Notes under the pieces: generated by a model
Databases searched by the model: none
What the model saw: the letters and a program-made list of their open reading frames with translations, nothing else
Told to the model about the DNA's origin: nothing
Origin: Candidatus Sulfomarinibacteraceae bacterium
GTDB taxonomy: Bacteria > Acidobacteriota > Thermoanaerobaculia > Thermoanaerobaculales > Sulfomarinibacteraceae
Length of the DNA: 64,000 nt
Direction: 5' to 3'
Assembly (NCBI GenBank): GCA_963785275.1
Contig: CAWAUY010000049.1
Coordinates: 133,116-197,115, forward strand
Translations under genes and position numbers: made by a program
In this document: one piece after another, positions 62,414-64,000 of the stretch
Layout: each line of letters begins with the position of its first letter
Numbering within the stretch: position 1 is the stretch's first letter

Positions 62414-64000
62414 GTGCCTAGAAAAGCGAAATTCGGAAACGGCGTCGACCGGCGCGACTTCATGCGGATGTTGGCGGGAACGGCCGCCACCGCGGGCATG
62501 TCGTTGCCGTTGGCGTCGTGCGGCGGCGGCTCTTCAACCGACAAAAAGGTCATCGTGCTCGGCCTCGACGGGCTCGACCCGAAGATCCTCGGCGCATTGA
62601 TGGAGATGGGCCGGCTGCCCAACTTCAAGAAGCTCGCCGACATGGGCTCGCTGCAGCCCCTCGGCACCACCATGCCGGCCCTCAGCCCGGTGGCGTGGTC
62701 GAGCTTCATCACCGGCATGAACCCGGGCGGCCACGGCATCGCCGATTTCGTCGCTCGCGATCCCTCGAACTACACCCCGGTGTTCTCCATCTACGAAAAC
62801 ACCGAGCCCGATATGACGATCTCGGTCGGCGACGTCCACCTTCCCATCAAGGGCGGTGGGCCCGTCAACAACCGCCAGGGCAAGCCGTTCTGGGCCTACC
62901 TCACCGAGCGCGACATCCCGGCGTGGATCTCCAAGATCCCGACCAACTTCCCGGTCGAGGAGACCGCCACCAAGGCCATTGCCGGTATGGGCACGCCCGA
63001 TCTGGTGGATTCCTACGGCGTTTTTTCCTACTACACATCGGATCCCTTCGAGGACTACCCCGACCTCGAGGGCGGTGAAATCCTCTACGTCGACGTCAAC
63101 AAGAACGTCGTCCGTTCGAACCTTCTGGGTCCCGTCAACTCGCTGGTGACGCAGAAAGACACGGGTTCCGACCCCTACGCGAACAGCACCAAGATCCCAT
63201 TCACCGTGTATCTCGATCCGAAGGCCGACGGCGCCAGACTCGACATCCAGGGCCAGAGCATCCTGCTCAAACGGGGCGAGTACTCTCCCTGGGTCACCGT
63301 CACCTTCGATCTCCTGCCGGTCGTCGGCTCGGTGCAGGGCATCGCTCGCTTCCTCTTGAAGGGCGTCGCCCCCCACTTTCAGCTCTACGTCACGCCCATC
63401 AACATCGACCCCAGGGCCCAGGCTGCCCCAGTCACCTACCCGGCCGAGTTCGGGGCCGAGATCGCCCGCGATATCGGCGCCTTTTGGACCAAGGGTCTGC
63501 CGGCAGACGTCAAGGCCTTCGATCACAAGGTGATCAACGACGAAGAGTACGTCGGCCAGGCCGAGCTGATCCTCCAGGAACGGATGGCGTTGTTCGACGC
63601 TCAGTGGTCCCGCTTTGAGAACGGTCTCTTCTACTTCTACGTCTCCTCCACAGACCAGGATGCCCACATGCTGTGGCGCAACATGGACAAGACCCATCCC
63701 ATGCACGCCGAATCCGACATCCGCTTTGCGGGATGGATCCCCCACCTCTACGAGGAGATGGACAAATTGGTGGGCAAGGTGCTGCCGGCGGTGGACGACA
63801 AGACCCTGGTTCTGGTGTGTTCGGACCACGGTTTCGCCCAGTTCGCGCGTCAATTCCACCTCAACACCTGGCTGCGCGACAACGGGTACCTGGTGCTCAA
63901 GGATGGCGCCGATAAAAAGGACGAGACCTCCATCTTCGATGTCGACTGGAACCGGACCGTCGCCTACGGCGTCGGCTTTAACGGGCTCTACATGAATCTC
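62414..64000 (+). CDS. Alkaline-phosphatase-superfamily (nucleotide pyrophosphatase/phosphodiesterase type) protein with Tat signal; runs off the right edge
   Basis: GTG 62414, twin-Arg DRRDFMR, lipobox LASC, VLGLDG.D, SPVAWSSFITG.NPGGHGI.DF, DQDAH, SDHGF, HLN.WL. No stop before 64000. Confidence 0.88.
   Translation, partial: MPRKAKFGNGVDRRDFMRMLAGTAATAGMSLPLASCGGGSSTDKKVIVLGLDGLDPKILGALMEMGRLPNFKKLADMGSLQPLGTTMPALSPVAWSSFITGMNPGGHGIADFVARDPSNYTPVFSIYENTEPDMTISVGDVHLPIKGGGPVNNRQGKPFWAYLTERDIPAWISKIPTNFPVEETATKAIAGMGTPDLVDSYGVFSYYTSDPFEDYPDLEGGEILYVDVNKNVVRSNLLGPVNSLVTQKDTGSDPYANSTKIPFTVYLDPKADGARLDIQGQSILLKRGEYSPWVTVTFDLLPVVGSVQGIARFLLKGVAPHFQLYVTPINIDPRAQAAPVTYPAEFGAEIARDIGAFWTKGLPADVKAFDHKVINDEEYVGQAELILQERMALFDAQWSRFENGLFYFYVSSTDQDAHMLWRNMDKTHPMHAESDIRFAGWIPHLYEEMDKLVGKVLPAVDDKTLVLVCSDHGFAQFARQFHLNTWLRDNGYLVLKDGADKKDETSIFDVDWNRTVAYGVGFNGLYMNL

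Overview
GC-rich bacterial chromosomal region of about 55 mostly housekeeping and envelope genes. The organism is a diderm (porins, TonB receptor, LolA-like protein); gene content suggests Acidobacteriota, which is inference. Several genes, including the essential dnaE, are broken by single-base frameshifts that look like long-read errors. Content in order: TPR/Ser-Thr kinase/WD40/TM protein, penicillin-acylase-family hydrolase, dnaE, polyprenyl synthase, purH, peptide ABC components, M20 hydrolase, protoporphyrinogen oxidase, a four-gene flavinylation module (ApbE, porin, FMN-binding protein, His-rich membrane protein), acs, DtxR-like regulator with a Cys-rich tail, methylmalonyl-CoA mutase mutAB and meaB, a cobalamin riboswitch controlling a Btu-type ABC transporter, TonB receptor, crcB-DUF190 and small enzymes. 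No rRNA, tRNA, CRISPR or transposase was seen. The most unusual signals are non-coding: (i) a dispersed hairpin element with co-varying stems and a variable ~35-nt loop, (ii) a REP-like repeat, (iii) AT-rich heptamer arrays with a polarity rule relative to stops and starts, and (iv) at least 8 apparently leaderless genes.
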